DNA of 64,000 nucleotides, from assembly GCA_002633005.1 (NCBI GenBank), contig NMRA01000009.1, positions 35,484-99,483 of the forward strand, given 5' to 3'. Both the position numbers and the translations under genes were made by a program. Positions 63,874-64,000 of this stretch are shown here, piece after piece (position 1 is the first letter of the stretch; every line of letters begins with the position of its first letter). Source of the DNA: Phoronis australis (taxonomy: Eukaryota; Animalia; Phoronida). Under the pieces are notes generated by a model, which was not told the DNA's origin, searched no databases, and was given only the letters and a program-made list of their open reading frames with translations.

Positions 63874-64000
63874 CAGGGCTTGGAATGACCAATGACAAAA
63901 AACGCGGAAACTTTTACGGCCCAAATCATGCCTTGAAATGGTCAATGTGAATGTGAACCTTTCCTCGACAAAAATCGGGAGGTCTAAAAAAAAAAAAACG
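63874..64000. mobile_element. Left end of MITE of the 23841-24353 family
   Basis: cagggcttggaatgacc(a/c)atgacaaaaaa near-identical start. Confidence 0.75.

Overview
Eukaryotic genomic DNA (AT-rich, intron-rich, probably a marine bilaterian invertebrate; taxon not determinable) from a draft assembly with three N-gaps and three single-N joins flanked by duplicated haplotype-like sequence. Four genes could be reconstructed by hand from GT-AG exons with consistent phases. (1) The 3' end of a + strand ADAMTS/ADAMTS-like gene that stops right after the spacer domain (343-2776). (2) An uncharacterised + strand gene with a ~250-aa ORF (10506-11276). (3) A complete 10-exon family-I inorganic pyrophosphatase on the - strand (37070-12683, 323 aa). 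(4) The 3' part of a TCF/LEF (pangolin) gene on the - strand with HMG box and C-clamp (63802-43405). Introns and intergenic DNA contain nested MITEs, Helentron-like elements with CTCF-like motifs, RLE-type non-LTR fragments, a solo LTR and many minisatellites. Best candidate for something new: the single pyrophosphatase gene appears set up for three compartments. It has a weak upstream ATG encoding a mitochondrial-type presequence, a strong second ATG for a cytosolic form, and a UGA-C stop whose readthrough adds a tail ending in the peroxisomal PTS1 tripeptide CKL. All calls come from reading the sequence by eye; no searches were run.
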